A stretch of DNA of 29,964 nucleotides from the IMG/VR virus record IMGVR_UViG_2778261393_000002; one strand, 5' to 3'. Below, piece after piece: positions 1 through 9,217 of the stretch. How positions within the stretch are numbered: position 1 is the stretch's first letter; each line of letters opens with the position of its first letter. The stretch is from a virus (Duplodnaviria; Heunggongvirae; Uroviricota; Caudoviricetes). The notes under the pieces were generated by a model, which ran no database searches, had not been told where the DNA came from, and was given only the letters and a program-made list of their open reading frames with translations. The translations under genes were made by a program, and so were the position numbers.

Positions 1-355
1 CTGCCCGGTAAATTTCTCACGAAACTGAATGCGGTTAAGGTCGGTAAGTGACAGGTTAATCATGGCGCACCTCCTGGCGAATACGGGCGGCGAATACCAT
101 CACGCAGCCAGCCGGAGATTGCTGGCGTGCTTCCTGTTCGTTGGTGGCCTCAATGGTAATCACGCGCGGCTGTGCCGTGCTCAGGGCGATAAAACGCCAG
201 ATGTATTTATTCAGGTTGTGCGAGTCCCGCCCTTGCGGGTGTGTGGTATGATTTCTCATAGCTACCTCGATACTGTTGCTATCGTTGGTGGTTAGAAGCC
301 CCGTTACTGCTCCAACAGTGCGGGGTTTCGTCGTTTCTGTGCCTTGCATCAACAA

Positions 356-439
356 GGTGTAAGACACAATGTAAAATAACGGTGTCTTACACGTCAACCC
401 TTCAAAATAATTTTTTTTCGTGTATATTGTCTTACACCA
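356..439 (+). promoter_or_regulatory. Operator-like triple motif and putative promoter upstream of small gene 459..638
   Basis: GGTGTAAGACAC at 356-367, with reverse-complement copies GTGTCTTACAC at 382-392 and TGTCTTACACC at 429-439. The third copy overlaps a TATATT -10-like hexamer at 423-428. AAGGAG SD at 447-452 precedes the ATG at 459. Confidence 0.4.
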
Positions 440-458
440 AAAACATAAGGAGTTAGAC

Positions 459-638
459 ATGGCAACAGGTCCAAAGAATGCAAAATCACAATCTGTAACT
501 GCACGTATTGCCCATGAAATTATTGAAGGCATGGAAAAAGTGAAAGAAGAAGGCGAAAGTACAGGACAGTTTATAAGCGCAGCCATGCGTGGCGAGATCA
601 AACGCCGCCAGCGCCGCCAGGCCAAAGAATCAGAATAA
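459..638 (+). CDS. Small basic protein, 59 aa, function unknown
   Basis: ATG at 459 is 7 nt downstream of AAGGAG. Translation MATGPKNAKSQSVTARIAHEIIEGMEKVKEEGESTGQFISAAMRGEIKRRQRRQAKESE has a basic C-terminal tail. Family not recognised. Confidence 0.5.
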   Translation: MATGPKNAKSQSVTARIAHEIIEGMEKVKEEGESTGQFISAAMRGEIKRRQRRQAKESE

Positions 639-647
639 AAACAACCT

Positions 648-664
648 GCGCCGTGGTGTGAGGA
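648..664. repeat. 17-bp direct repeat GCGCCGTGGTGTGAGGA, copy 1
   Basis: Exact 17-mer, 10 nt after the stop of ORF 459..638. It can pair with CCGGCGC at 668-674 to form a hairpin. Confidence 0.6.
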
Positions 665-695
665 ACTCCGGCGCATTGCTTTACAGGTACACAGA

Positions 696-890
696 ATGAC
701 CAACAAAGAATCAACCAATACACCATCACCGGCACGGAAAAGACGGCGCAGAAAGATAGAGCATGAATCAGAAAGATTCGCGCCATGTGCTTTTGCCCTT
801 GAGCAATTCCTTAAAGAGTACAGGCGCACAAAAATGGGGTCGCATACCTGGAAAACATCACGACATGGTGATGTTGAAGAGCAGAAATAA
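696..890 (+). CDS. Hypothetical small basic protein, 64 aa
   Basis: Open frame with ATG start and weak SD. Its stop is followed by the second copy of the 17-bp repeat. Coding status uncertain. Confidence 0.25.
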   Translation: MTNKESTNTPSPARKRRRRKIEHESERFAPCAFALEQFLKEYRRTKMGSHTWKTSRHGDVEEQK

Positions 891-899
891 CCACTATCA

Positions 900-916
900 G
901 CGCCGTGGTGTGAGGA
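900..916. repeat. 17-bp direct repeat GCGCCGTGGTGTGAGGA, copy 2
   Basis: Exact second copy, 252 bp from copy 1, again about 10 nt after a small-ORF stop codon (890). Confidence 0.6.
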
Positions 917-1561
917 TCCATGGCACAAAGAAGTATCCAAGAGAAAAATGATGGACGCACAGAAACTAGATATACTCACCTCCTTTCTGGAAGAACGTAA
1001 ACGAAAATGGGGGATAAAACCCCATCCTTCCACCAGAGAATTACCAAGAGCATCAACAGAGTGTTTTTTGCTTGAGGATTTCATCAAAAAGAGCAGCCCT
1101 GTTTTGTGCAGGAATAAGCGATACAAGTAATCATTACCCACTCCAGGCAACAGGGAAAAAATTCCGCTAAAGCTTTGCCCACCAGCCGCAAATGTGGCAT
1201 TGTTGGTGATGCTCATGCGTTGGGGATAACGTGTAGCTTGTGTTGAAGGGCCACCGTAGCGGGTGGCCTTTGTTTTGCCTGTTATCCGGCAATTGTGGCG
1301 CTTCGTCACACGGTTGATATAATCCCACTGCTCAGATTCATTTTTTGCGCAGTAGGTTAATTGTTCACAAAGGCGCTCCGGCAACGGGGCGCTTTTTGTT
1401 TTTACCCACCAGCACAATAAAAATCTTCATTTTCCATTTTTGTAAAATTTCATGCTTTCCGGACGGCTGACCATATATCATTTTTTAGCAGAAGATTTTG
1501 CCTTGCTGGTGGGTAGCTTCCCGGTTAACACGATGTACCGTATAATCAGCACTGCGAGTGG

Positions 1562-2140
1562 TTACTGAATACGCTCACCAAAGTAAAACTCATGCTGATA
1601 TTCACGTATCAGCCTTTTTTCTTCTTCCTCCAGCTCACGCTTTTTGCGCTTACATGCCTGTAGCTCCCTCCCCTTCTCGCTGGCACTTATCTGATATTGC
1701 TCTTTACGGCGGGAAAAATCCTGTAATGCGCCCCACGGGATACCATAAGCCCCCGTTTTTCTGATACCCGGTATCACATTTCTGAATACCCAGTTACTGA
1801 AACGATGGGCGAACGTGCCAGGCGTCGTTGCTTTGCGGCTACGGGCTATTAGTTTGTAGAAACCTGACTCGCATACAGTTCGCATTGTTTGATTTCCGCC
1901 AAGGGTGGGTATTAAACACTCCCCCTTTTCATCATCATCGAGACGGCGTAACGCAACCTTGTGATCAACAATTTCCAGCGCAGCGCACACGTCAACTGCA
2001 ACAAACCACGGATCGCCGTTCAGATACACCACGCGAACGTTCACACCATCAAAGCGCAGAACGACCAGATCACGAATATCACAGAATTTTTTTACTAGAC
2101 GAGCGTCACCTTTGCCCGTCACGGCAATATTTTTATTCAT
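1562..2140 (-). CDS. Bro-N domain protein, phage antirepressor-like
   Basis: 192-aa ORF. N-terminal region (VRVVYLNGDPWFVAVDVCAALEI ... ESGFYKLIARSRKATTPGTFAHRFSNWVFRNVIPGIRKTGAYG) has the conserved Bro-N pattern. C-terminus is a charged coiled-coil-like tail. Confidence 0.7.
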   Translation of the reverse strand: MNKNIAVTGKGDARLVKKFCDIRDLVVLRFDGVNVRVVYLNGDPWFVAVDVCAALEIVDHKVALRRLDDDEKGECLIPTLGGNQTMRTVCESGFYKLIARSRKATTPGTFAHRFSNWVFRNVIPGIRKTGAYGIPWGALQDFSRRKEQYQISASEKGRELQACKRKKRELEEEEKRLIREYQHEFYFGERIQ

Positions 2141-2158
2141 CGCTTTTTACCTCACATA

Positions 2159-2183
2159 CAAAAAACCCCGCATTGAGCGGGGC
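2159..2183 (-). terminator. Rho-independent terminator downstream of alpA
   Basis: Stem CCCCGC (2166-2171) and GCGGGG (2177-2182) with 5-nt loop, followed on the minus strand by a T-run (plus-strand AAAAAA at 2160-2165). Confidence 0.6.
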
Positions 2184-2199
2184 TGTGTTTATCTCCTGG

Positions 2200-2466
2200 T
2201 TATTGCTGTTTTGTTTTTTCCGGTTTCCATCCTGGGTGCCAATCGCCACGGATCCACGCCTGAATCTCCGAGAGACGATAGCCAGCGGCACGTTCACCAA
2301 TCTTAATACGTTTTGGGAACTTACCTGTCTTTTCCAGTTTCCAGCGTGTTGAATTTGCCAGCGTAGTAAGTGCCACGCATTCTTTTTCACGAATGACACG
2401 ATCAATATCCGGCATTGCAGTAAAATCTTTTTCATCAACAAGTGAATAAACTGACATATCAAACAA
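2200..2466 (-). CDS. alpA: AlpA-family phage transcriptional regulator, excisionase-like
   Basis: Translation contains DRVIREKECVALTTLANSTRWKLEKTGKFPKRIKIG, typical of AlpA/Vis-type winged-helix proteins. Sits immediately downstream of and overlapping the integrase stop. Exact start uncertain (M1, M4 or M18). Confidence 0.75.
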   Translation of the reverse strand: MFDMSVYSLVDEKDFTAMPDIDRVIREKECVALTTLANSTRWKLEKTGKFPKRIKIGERAAGYRLSEIQAWIRGDWHPGWKPEKTKQQ

Positions 2467-3700
2467 CCTCTTTACTCAGTTCAATAACGTTATTATTAAA
2501 TCCGGCTATCGTGTTAAGGTAATTAACCCACATATTAAGAACCTCAAGTTTTTTCTTTACATGCTTGCTTTTATTATAAACACCCGCCACACCTTTAACT
2601 TTATGACCAAGCAGAAGCTCTACAATATAAGGATCGGCACCCATATCGTTAAGCATTGTTGAAAATGTACGCCTGAAATCATGTATGCACCACAGACCAT
2701 TTACATCATGCCCTAGCCGCCTGCATATCCGGCTTGCTGCTCCTGTTATTGTCGCTCGCTTCAGTGATCTACCGATAACACAATCCCGGTGCTTTGTTTC
2801 CGCATAAAGATTAATAACCCATTGTTTTATTCCATCAGGGACTGGTCTTACAATAACCTCGCCGTTCTTGCTGTGCTCTTTTGGAACTGTCCAAATCCAG
2901 TTTTTTAAATCCCATTCTTCCCAAGTGGATAACCGCGCCTCCTGCTGACGGCAACCAAACACCAGGCAGATAACCATAATTCTTCGGTTATGTATTGATG
3001 AAAGGGTAAGTAAATTGTTGCCATAGGCATAAGACCATACGTCAGCGGCTTCATTAATACTCAGAACACGATCCCTTATGCCTGCTGAACGTCCAACATA
3101 ACTAACGTTAATATCACCGAATGGATCGCAACTAATGTATTGCCTGATACGGCAAAAACGTAACGCCTGTTTAATATCAAGAAAAATAGCACCAGACATA
3201 ACAGGAGCATTTTTTTTAATTCTGTCAAATACAGTAAGCCAGGTATGCAATTTGCACTGTTCTATAGCCATATCTCCGATATATGGAAAAATATGCTTTT
3301 CAAATCTTTTTATTAAATACTCATGCTGCTTTCTGGCTGTCCTGGCGTGATTATCGTACCAGTAAAGCACCGCATCCCTTACAGTTACAGGGCGCATGTT
3401 TTTTTCAGCTACAAGTTTTATTTGTCTGCGAGGATCCAGATTTTCCGCCAGCCATTCACGGCACTGGTCGCGTAATCTCCTGGCGGCTGCCAGAGACATA
3501 TCAGGATAACGCCCAAGGGTCAGCCATACCGGAGGGGCATCCCTGCCGCCAATACGATAGTAAAAAACGAAACTAATTCCCCCAACCACGCTTACACGAA
3601 CAGATAGCCCCCGCCCATCAGCCATGATTTTTTGTCTGTCCTGCGGCTTACCTGCAAGACTTTTCAGAAGTTTGTCAGTCAGTTTATTCTCGATAGCCAT
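2459..3700 (-). CDS. int: Tyrosine integrase, P4-like
   Basis: 413 aa from MAIENKL (start codon 3698-3700). Phage-integrase catalytic region visible (HDFRRTF ... LLGHK ... VYN). Paired with alpA as in P4-family elements. The listed ORF extends 24 codons further upstream to 3772. Confidence 0.85.
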   Translation of the reverse strand: MAIENKLTDKLLKSLAGKPQDRQKIMADGRGLSVRVSVVGGISFVFYYRIGGRDAPPVWLTLGRYPDMSLAAARRLRDQCREWLAENLDPRRQIKLVAEKNMRPVTVRDAVLYWYDNHARTARKQHEYLIKRFEKHIFPYIGDMAIEQCKLHTWLTVFDRIKKNAPVMSGAIFLDIKQALRFCRIRQYISCDPFGDINVSYVGRSAGIRDRVLSINEAADVWSYAYGNNLLTLSSIHNRRIMVICLVFGCRQQEARLSTWEEWDLKNWIWTVPKEHSKNGEVIVRPVPDGIKQWVINLYAETKHRDCVIGRSLKRATITGAASRICRRLGHDVNGLWCIHDFRRTFSTMLNDMGADPYIVELLLGHKVKGVAGVYNKSKHVKKKLEVLNMWVNYLNTIAGFNNNVIELSKEVV

Positions 3701-3718
3701 ATGTAGCCTACACGTCAA

Positions 3719-3772
3719 TTTGCAATACACACCCCATCCAAACGCCAACTTGCAATACACATTGCAATACAC
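3719..3772. repeat. Three direct copies of TTGCAATACAC upstream of the integrase start
   Basis: Copies at 3720-3730, 3750-3760 and 3762-3772. The last two are tandem with a 12-bp period. They lie about 20-70 bp upstream of the int start codon. Confidence 0.6.
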
Positions 3773-3849
3773 AAAACCGCGAAAAACACGAAAGGTAATG
3801 AACGGTCATCATAAATACAAAAAACGACATTCCAGACATATCAAGGGTT

Positions 3850-4716
3850 TTAGTGGAGTTGATGAATGGTGGCGACAACTACGGGGAGATAATAGACATA
3901 AATGGCGCGAACCACCGCCGACTGCAGTTGCGTGGCCTGCAGTGTGTCGAGCATCTTGAGACGCTCCATTACAGAATAAAACTGGTTGGCCCCGCGGGTC
4001 TGCCCGTCTTCCTGTGGCTGAAACACATGGATCATTCCCGGTCGTCCGGAAGGCAGTGTTGCCGTAATTCGTGTCCATTTACTGACACCGTAGCCGGGCC
4101 AGTCATCATCCTGAACATGGTAGGCCAGCGCTTTTCCGTGTCGGTTTATTTCCACCCCGGCACGCATAAAACGATCGCCGGTACCATAACCGGGTGTACT
4201 GACACGCTTCGGGCTGATGGTTTTGAATTTCGTCCGGAATAATGACGTGGATTCCGCATCCCATACGGGCTGGACAAAAATTTCACCGTTAAACGTATGG
4301 ACCCCCACCCCTTCACGAATGAATTCGGTAAACGAACGACGCCCTTCCACATCCATCGTACCAAACACCGGATCGCAGTATTCCATCCACGCCGCCTCAA
4401 CATCTTCAATAAAAGCATGTGAATCTGCTTCCGACATCCCCAGCCAGCGCCAGTTGGGACGGTAACTCAGACGAAACATGTGCCCGACAATATGATCCTT
4501 ATGAATTTCCACTGCATTCGATGCAATACCGTTGTTACGGACCAGCTCATCCGCGCGGGCGTTACCCAGATGAATGGAAGGTAAGAGCGCCACGTCGGCA
4601 CTTTCCGGTGCAGGCAGCCATTCTGCCATTTGCCCACCGAACCCGGAACCACCACCAGAATATCCCATGCTTTGCCGTAAAGGCTGCCCATGAATATCCA
4701 CCAGTTCCCCGTTCAC
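3850..4716 (-). pseudogene. B: Lambda-like portal protein (gpB), N-terminal fragment only
   Basis: 288-aa ORF co-linear with the lambda gpB N-terminus as I recall it (YSGGGSGFGGQ, LLP..GNARADELVRNNG, LFRTKFKTISPKRVSTP, IHVFQPQEDGQTRGANQFYSVMERLKMLDTLQATQLQSA). Similarity ends near residue 271 (about nt 3900). Lambda gpB is about 533 aa, so the C-terminal half is missing. Confidence 0.8.
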
Positions 4717-4925
4717 AGCCCCACTCCTGCCGGGCCACGACGCCGTCCGGATACACCCAGCGCACTTTCCAGCTCTTCAATATACTGACGCAGTTCACCA
4801 ATTGTCGCCCGCGAATACTGAACCTGACGCCCGTCCTTGCTGACGGAAACCACAGCACGTCCGATCATCAGTTCATGTAACGCCCGGCGGGCATCGCATA
4901 GCATTTCATGCGTATAAATCATCAC
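4713..4925 (-). CDS. W: Head-tail joining protein, lambda gpW-like
   Basis: 70 aa. ARRALHELMIGRAVVSVSKDGRQVQYSRATIGELRQYIEELE ... RRRGPAG matches the lambda gpW pattern. Position between terminase large subunit and portal as in lambda. Confidence 0.75.
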   Translation of the reverse strand: MMIYTHEMLCDARRALHELMIGRAVVSVSKDGRQVQYSRATIGELRQYIEELESALGVSGRRRGPAGVGL

Positions 4926-6845
4926 TTATCCTCCACTCAGAGCAGCCGCGATTTCTTCAATAGTCATTTCATCGTCGTCCTGTTCATCTCTTCTGGCGCG
5001 GGCCAGTGCATCCAGATCCAGTTGCCACCGCTGAACGGAAATGCGCAGCGCTGCATAGGCATACACCAGACAGTCCAGAGCTTCATTACGCCGTTTTCTG
5101 GCATCCCACTGGAGTTTCACCCGCCCGTTCACAACTTTTTCAACCAGCTCTTCTGCCACGAGTTGTTTAGCTTCAACATCAGAAAAAATGTCCGGGTTAT
5201 CCGGAAAACGGAAGGTATACGGTGCGACTTCACTGGCAGATACCACCGGCAGGGCAAAACGCGCATACAGCATTTCCTTGACGGTATCGGAACCCACCTC
5301 ACACAAAAACACCCCACGCTGGTTTCGCTTTTTTGGCATGGTGATCACCGGCTTGCCGTACACCGACGCCCCTTTGATGGGGAGCACAAAAAAAGTGCCG
5401 TGTTTTCTGGATCGCTGATACACAATGTCCTGGTCAATACCACCGGTATCCCAGCAGACGCGGGAAATGGAAATTTCAGTGCCATCTGCATGACGGTATT
5501 TTTTCCGGATCACGGCATCAACGCGTTTAAGGGTGTCCTCATCTTCCGGTCTCCCCATGATGATCTGCTTGTCAATCAGAAAAGCTTCTTCGCCAGGAGC
5601 CCAGCCCCAGACATAAATCTCATAACGGTTTTTCTGAGAGTCGATCCCTGCGGTCAGGTAAACCACCCGCAGGGGAACCTGCGCATCATAGTGGCAGACT
5701 TTTTCCAGCAATAACTCAAAGCTCAGTTTTTCTGCCACAGCCTCTTCATAAGGCTCCCCCAGCGTGGTGTTAATGAACGTCTTGACGCCATTCGGATCCT
5801 TCAGTGCATCAAGCCAGTCATAAACAATCTGTACCCAGGTGGTGAACGGGCTGTATGCCGTCCAGATGTGGTACGAGATTGAGCGCGGTGGCGGGATTTC
5901 CTCATCACCGGCGCTGTAAAATGTCAGACCGTCACGCGTCCACATCCCGGTATTGTCACAAATCCACCGCCCGTCGGTCTGGTCAAGTTCCGACTGACGG
6001 ATCGCGCAGCCATTATGTTCACACAGGTAATACACCGTCTCCGGCTTGCCCTTCTCCCATTTCAGGCCAAAGGTTGTCGCATCATCGCCAAACTTCAGAT
6101 ACTGGGCTTCACCACAATGAGGGCATGGCACATAAAACCGCATAAAATGTGCAGATTCGTTCGCGGCTTTTTCAATCTGGCAAAAACCTTTAATTTTGGG
6201 CGTTGAGCCGCGTATGGATTTAGGCCATACCGAACCTTCGATACGCTTATCGCCAAGCAGAGTTGGTGAACCTTCTTTTTCCACATCCGGTTCAAACGAG
6301 GAGAGTTCGTCATAGCAGACCACATCCACAGATTTTTCACGGTAGTTTTTGGCAGCAGCTCCGCCCAGACACCAGAATCCCACACCGGAGGAGAAACGTT
6401 TCAGGGTAAGCGTGTTGTCCCGATGTTTTCTGCCAAACCACGGAGCCAGCTCCAGTAATACAGGAACGTCTCTTATCGTTGGTTCGACATGGGATTTCAT
6501 AAAATCTTCTGCCGCAGAATCTGTCGGCTGAAAAAGCAGGCTGTTACGGGATTTGTGTTCAATAAAATAAGCCTCCACCCCCAACAGCATTTTGGTGTAA
6601 CCAACACGCGCCGATTTAATCAGATTAACGGTGCGGATCCGGTCATTCCCCATGCTGTTCATGATGGCAACCTGAAACGGCAGTGTTTCCCATTGCCCGG
6701 GAGTATATGAAGACTCTTTTGGCAGATAATAATGCTGATCAGCCCACTGAACTGTCGTCAGTGGTACCGGAATATTGAGAGATACAAGCCCTGTTGCTAT
6801 CGCACCGGCTGCATTAGCTGCCTTCTGTGCGTCTGAAATCATCAA
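4926..6845 (-). CDS. A: Terminase large subunit, lambda gpA-like
   Basis: 639 aa, co-linear with lambda gpA along the whole length ([94 protein letters not shown]). Confidence 0.95.
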   Translation of the reverse strand: MMISDAQKAANAAGAIATGLVSLNIPVPLTTVQWADQHYYLPKESSYTPGQWETLPFQVAIMNSMGNDRIRTVNLIKSARVGYTKMLLGVEAYFIEHKSRNSLLFQPTDSAAEDFMKSHVEPTIRDVPVLLELAPWFGRKHRDNTLTLKRFSSGVGFWCLGGAAAKNYREKSVDVVCYDELSSFEPDVEKEGSPTLLGDKRIEGSVWPKSIRGSTPKIKGFCQIEKAANESAHFMRFYVPCPHCGEAQYLKFGDDATTFGLKWEKGKPETVYYLCEHNGCAIRQSELDQTDGRWICDNTGMWTRDGLTFYSAGDEEIPPPRSISYHIWTAYSPFTTWVQIVYDWLDALKDPNGVKTFINTTLGEPYEEAVAEKLSFELLLEKVCHYDAQVPLRVVYLTAGIDSQKNRYEIYVWGWAPGEEAFLIDKQIIMGRPEDEDTLKRVDAVIRKKYRHADGTEISISRVCWDTGGIDQDIVYQRSRKHGTFFVLPIKGASVYGKPVITMPKKRNQRGVFLCEVGSDTVKEMLYARFALPVVSASEVAPYTFRFPDNPDIFSDVEAKQLVAEELVEKVVNGRVKLQWDARKRRNEALDCLVYAYAALRISVQRWQLDLDALARARRDEQDDDEMTIEEIAAALSGG

Positions 6846-7362
6846 TCCACCCGCCTACGTTCTCACCAGCTTTAGCTGCAACGTTGGAGGCTTTTGCGAT
6901 TTCAGTTTTCACCACATCAAGGTGTGACGGTGAAATATCCGGATATTTACGCTGTAATGTCAGCGGCACACGTACAAGTATCCCCGAAATCTCCTGTGCC
7001 ACACGTTGCAGAATGAAGGTAAACAATTCCGTTTCCAGTACCAGCCCTTCTTCGCGGGCATTTTTCAGTTCCTGTGCATCAGCCTGTGCTTTTGTGAGTC
7101 GGTAGCGCTCATAGTCAATGGTGCCGGGTTGTAAATCTGATTCCGCAGCCGCACGCAAATCCTCGGTCTCTTTGCGGAGTTTTTCGTTTTCAATATCGGC
7201 TTCGCGCTGCGCATACCACTGAATTGCCATGGCGGTATCAAATACAGATTCAACCCCCTTACTACCACCAGAGACACAAGAGAGCCCCTGAGACTGCCAG
7301 CGTTCAATCGTTCGTGGATCCACGTTGAAAATTTCCGCGAGCTTCTTTTTATTAACCTTCAT
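6814..7362 (-). CDS. nu1: Terminase small subunit, lambda Nu1-like
   Basis: Start taken at [12 protein letters not shown] (codon 7360-7362), matching the lambda Nu1 N-terminus MEVNKKQLADIF. Conserved stretch [27 protein letters not shown]. The 3' end overlaps the terminase large-subunit start. Confidence 0.9.
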   Translation of the reverse strand: MKVNKKKLAEIFNVDPRTIERWQSQGLSCVSGGSKGVESVFDTAMAIQWYAQREADIENEKLRKETEDLRAAAESDLQPGTIDYERYRLTKAQADAQELKNAREEGLVLETELFTFILQRVAQEISGILVRVPLTLQRKYPDISPSHLDVVKTEIAKASNVAAKAGENVGGWIDDFRRTEGS

Positions 7363-7387
7363 AAAACATTTCCATATCAAATGCAGG

Positions 7388-7440
7388 GTCCGACATGGAA
7401 GTGCTCAAAAACGTCTTTTTCGGGCACTTTCATGTCGGAC
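7388..7440. repeat. 53-bp palindrome between cos and the Nu1 start
   Basis: Perfect 10-bp arms GTCCGACATG (7388-7397) and CATGTCGGAC (7431-7440) with partly self-complementary interior. Lies in the cosB-equivalent region. Confidence 0.6.
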
Positions 7441-7500
7441 CTTTTACGGATGTGATTGATGAAAAAACAATGAGTTATACACGAGAAGTACCGACACGCT

Positions 7501-7560
7501 TTTTCCCGAAAAATTTTCATAAATAGCGAAAATCCGCGCCGCTGCCGCCCCGTGGCAGAC
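7501..7560 (-). other. Cohesive end site (cosN/cosB-like)
   Basis: Minus-strand sequence GGGGCGGCAGCGGCGCGGATTTTCGCTATTTATGAAAATTTTTCGGG closely matches the lambda left end GGGCGGCGACCTCGCGGGTTTTCGCTATTTATGAAAATTTTCCGG as recalled. cosN analogue at about 7539-7550, upstream of Nu1. Confidence 0.75.
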
Positions 7561-7905
7561 CACCCCACCGGAAGGACCCGTACAAATAGAGTTATTATTA
7601 ATTACATTTACAGTAGGAATGATGTACATCATTGAAACACCATTCAGTCATATACCGACAGCATTCGGTGTTGCACTTCATAACTCTGCGACTACGGTTA
7701 TAAAAGCATTGGCTACTTTTGCCACCGGCAAATCTTCAATGGATTTCCCCTGCCGGTTTTTTATTTTCATCGATGCATAACATTGCTTTTACATCAATAG
7801 CAGCTATTGTCAGTAGTATGTTGTATCGATGCATGGGTGGTATTGGCGATCTTCGCCGACCGGTTCTGTGTAGCTCCCTATGACCGGTTTTTTTATTTCT
7901 AAGAT

Positions 7906-7940
7906 TATAGAAGTCCTTCACTGTATGAAGGACTTCTATA
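7906..7940. repeat. 35-bp perfect palindrome
   Basis: TATAGAAGTCCTTCA (7906-7920), loop CTGTA, TGAAGGACTTCTATA (7926-7940). 15-bp perfect arms. Preceded by a T-run (7889-7895). Confidence 0.7.
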
Positions 7941-8045
7941 ACGCTTCTTACTTTGTAATTTTCGCACCTTCCGGTAATTCCATAGGTTAAAAAAACCTCA
8001 TAATCTCTGACAATTTGATCCTACCCACGTAATATGGACACAGGC

Positions 8046-8912
8046 CTAAGCGAGGTTCTGGTTTTCAAATTGTTCCGGACTGAGGCCGCCACACCAACTG
8101 TGCCGCCGCCACCGATTGTAATCACATTCGATATAATTAAACACCGTTGCCCGCATTATTTCCCGGCTGATAAAGTGTTCTCCATGGATACATTCCACTT
8201 TCAGCGAATGAAAGAAGCTTTCCACGCAGGCATTATCGTAGCAGCAACCTTTTGCGCTCATACTTCCACGCAGATTATGCCGCTTCAGTTGCGCCTGATA
8301 ATCTGCTGAACAGTACTGGCCTCCACGGTCCGTGTGAACGATAACGTTCCAGGGCCTCTTACGCCGCCACAGCGCCATCTGCAGGGCATCGCAGGCCAGT
8401 TGCGCCGTCATGCGTGGCGACATTGACCAGCCAATAACGGCACGTGACCACAGGTCAATGACCACTGCCAGATACAGCCAGCCTTCATCTGTACGTAAGT
8501 ACGTGATGTCTCCTGCCCACTTCTGGTTCGGGCCACTGGCGTAAAAATCCTGCTCCAACAGATTTTCTGACACAGGCAGGCCGTGTGCGCGGTAGCTGAC
8601 CGGGCTGAACTTCCGGGAGGCCTTTGCCCTCAGTCCCTGACGGCGCAGGCTTGCCGCCACGGTTTTTTCGTTAAAGGGGTAACCCTGAGCACGCAGTTCA
8701 TCCGTCAGGCGTGGGGCACCGTAACGCTGTTTTGACCGGGTAAAAGCCGCGAGGACAACGCTGTCGCAGTGTTGGCGGAACTGCTGACGCGTGCTTATCC
8801 TTGTCCGCCGCTGACACCACGTATACCAGCCGCTGCGGGCCACCCGGAGCACGCGGCACATTGCTTTGATGCTGAACTCAGCCTGATGTTTTTCAATAAA
8901 GACATACTTCAT
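8046..8912 (-). CDS. insF: IS3 transposase OrfB
   Basis: 288 aa with DDE transposase/integrase core (WAGDITYL ... HTDRGGQY ... [11 protein letters not shown]). Matches IS3 InsF as remembered. Confidence 0.95.
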   Translation of the reverse strand: MKYVFIEKHQAEFSIKAMCRVLRVARSGWYTWCQRRTRISTRQQFRQHCDSVVLAAFTRSKQRYGAPRLTDELRAQGYPFNEKTVAASLRRQGLRAKASRKFSPVSYRAHGLPVSENLLEQDFYASGPNQKWAGDITYLRTDEGWLYLAVVIDLWSRAVIGWSMSPRMTAQLACDALQMALWRRKRPWNVIVHTDRGGQYCSADYQAQLKRHNLRGSMSAKGCCYDNACVESFFHSLKVECIHGEHFISREIMRATVFNYIECDYNRWRRHSWCGGLSPEQFENQNLA

Positions 8913-9217
8913 TTCAGGCGCTTCGCGAAGTATGTCGCGGCCTTTTGGAGGATAGCCAGCTCTTCATCCCGTTCTGCCAGCTGGCGTTTGAGACGTGCAA
9001 TCTCGGTAGACATCTCCAGTTCACGTTCAGAAGACGTCTGCTGATTTTGCTGTTTACTGCGCCAGTTGTAGAGCTGTGATTCATACAGGCTGAGTTCACG
9101 GGCTGCGGCAGTAACACCGATGCGTTCAGCAAGCTTCAGGGCTTCACTGCGAAATTCAGGCGAATGCTGTTTACGGGGTTTTTTACTGGTTGATACTGTT
9201 TTTGTCATGTGAGTCAC
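8909..9217 (-). CDS. insE: IS3 transposase OrfA (HTH)
   Basis: 102 aa ending in a leucine-zipper-like segment. Its stop overlaps the orfB ATG in the -1 frame, as expected for IS3-family programmed frameshifting. Confidence 0.95.
   Translation of the reverse strand: MTHMTKTVSTSKKPRKQHSPEFRSEALKLAERIGVTAAARELSLYESQLYNWRSKQQNQQTSSERELEMSTEIARLKRQLAERDEELAILQKAATYFAKRLK

Noticed and set aside
1-63. Possible 5' end of a minus-strand gene running off the left edge (ATG at 61-63, MINLSLTDLNRIQFREKFTGQ)
   Set aside because: Only 21 codons are visible, so neither the frame nor any identity can be supported.
56-1417. 453-aa minus-strand ORF, the longest unassigned ORF in the window
   Set aside because: Translation is low-complexity and Cys/Ser/Arg/Trp-rich with no recognisable domain. 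It runs antisense to a well-signalled plus-strand small gene (459-638) and has no obvious SD. Most likely a chance open frame, though length alone leaves some doubt.
1828-2352. 174-aa plus-strand ORF
   Set aside because: Antisense to the Bro-N gene and alpA, and spans the terminator hairpin. Proline/arginine-rich junk composition.
3701-3905. Searched both junction regions (and 29421-29496) for tRNA or tmRNA 3' fragments marking att sites
   Set aside because: No GGTTCGAATCC-like T-arm or acceptor-stem motif recognised by eye. A tRNA scan or att-repeat search would be needed.
4908-5714. 268-aa plus-strand ORF
   Set aside because: Lies entirely antisense within the terminase large-subunit gene, which has unambiguous lambda gpA homology.
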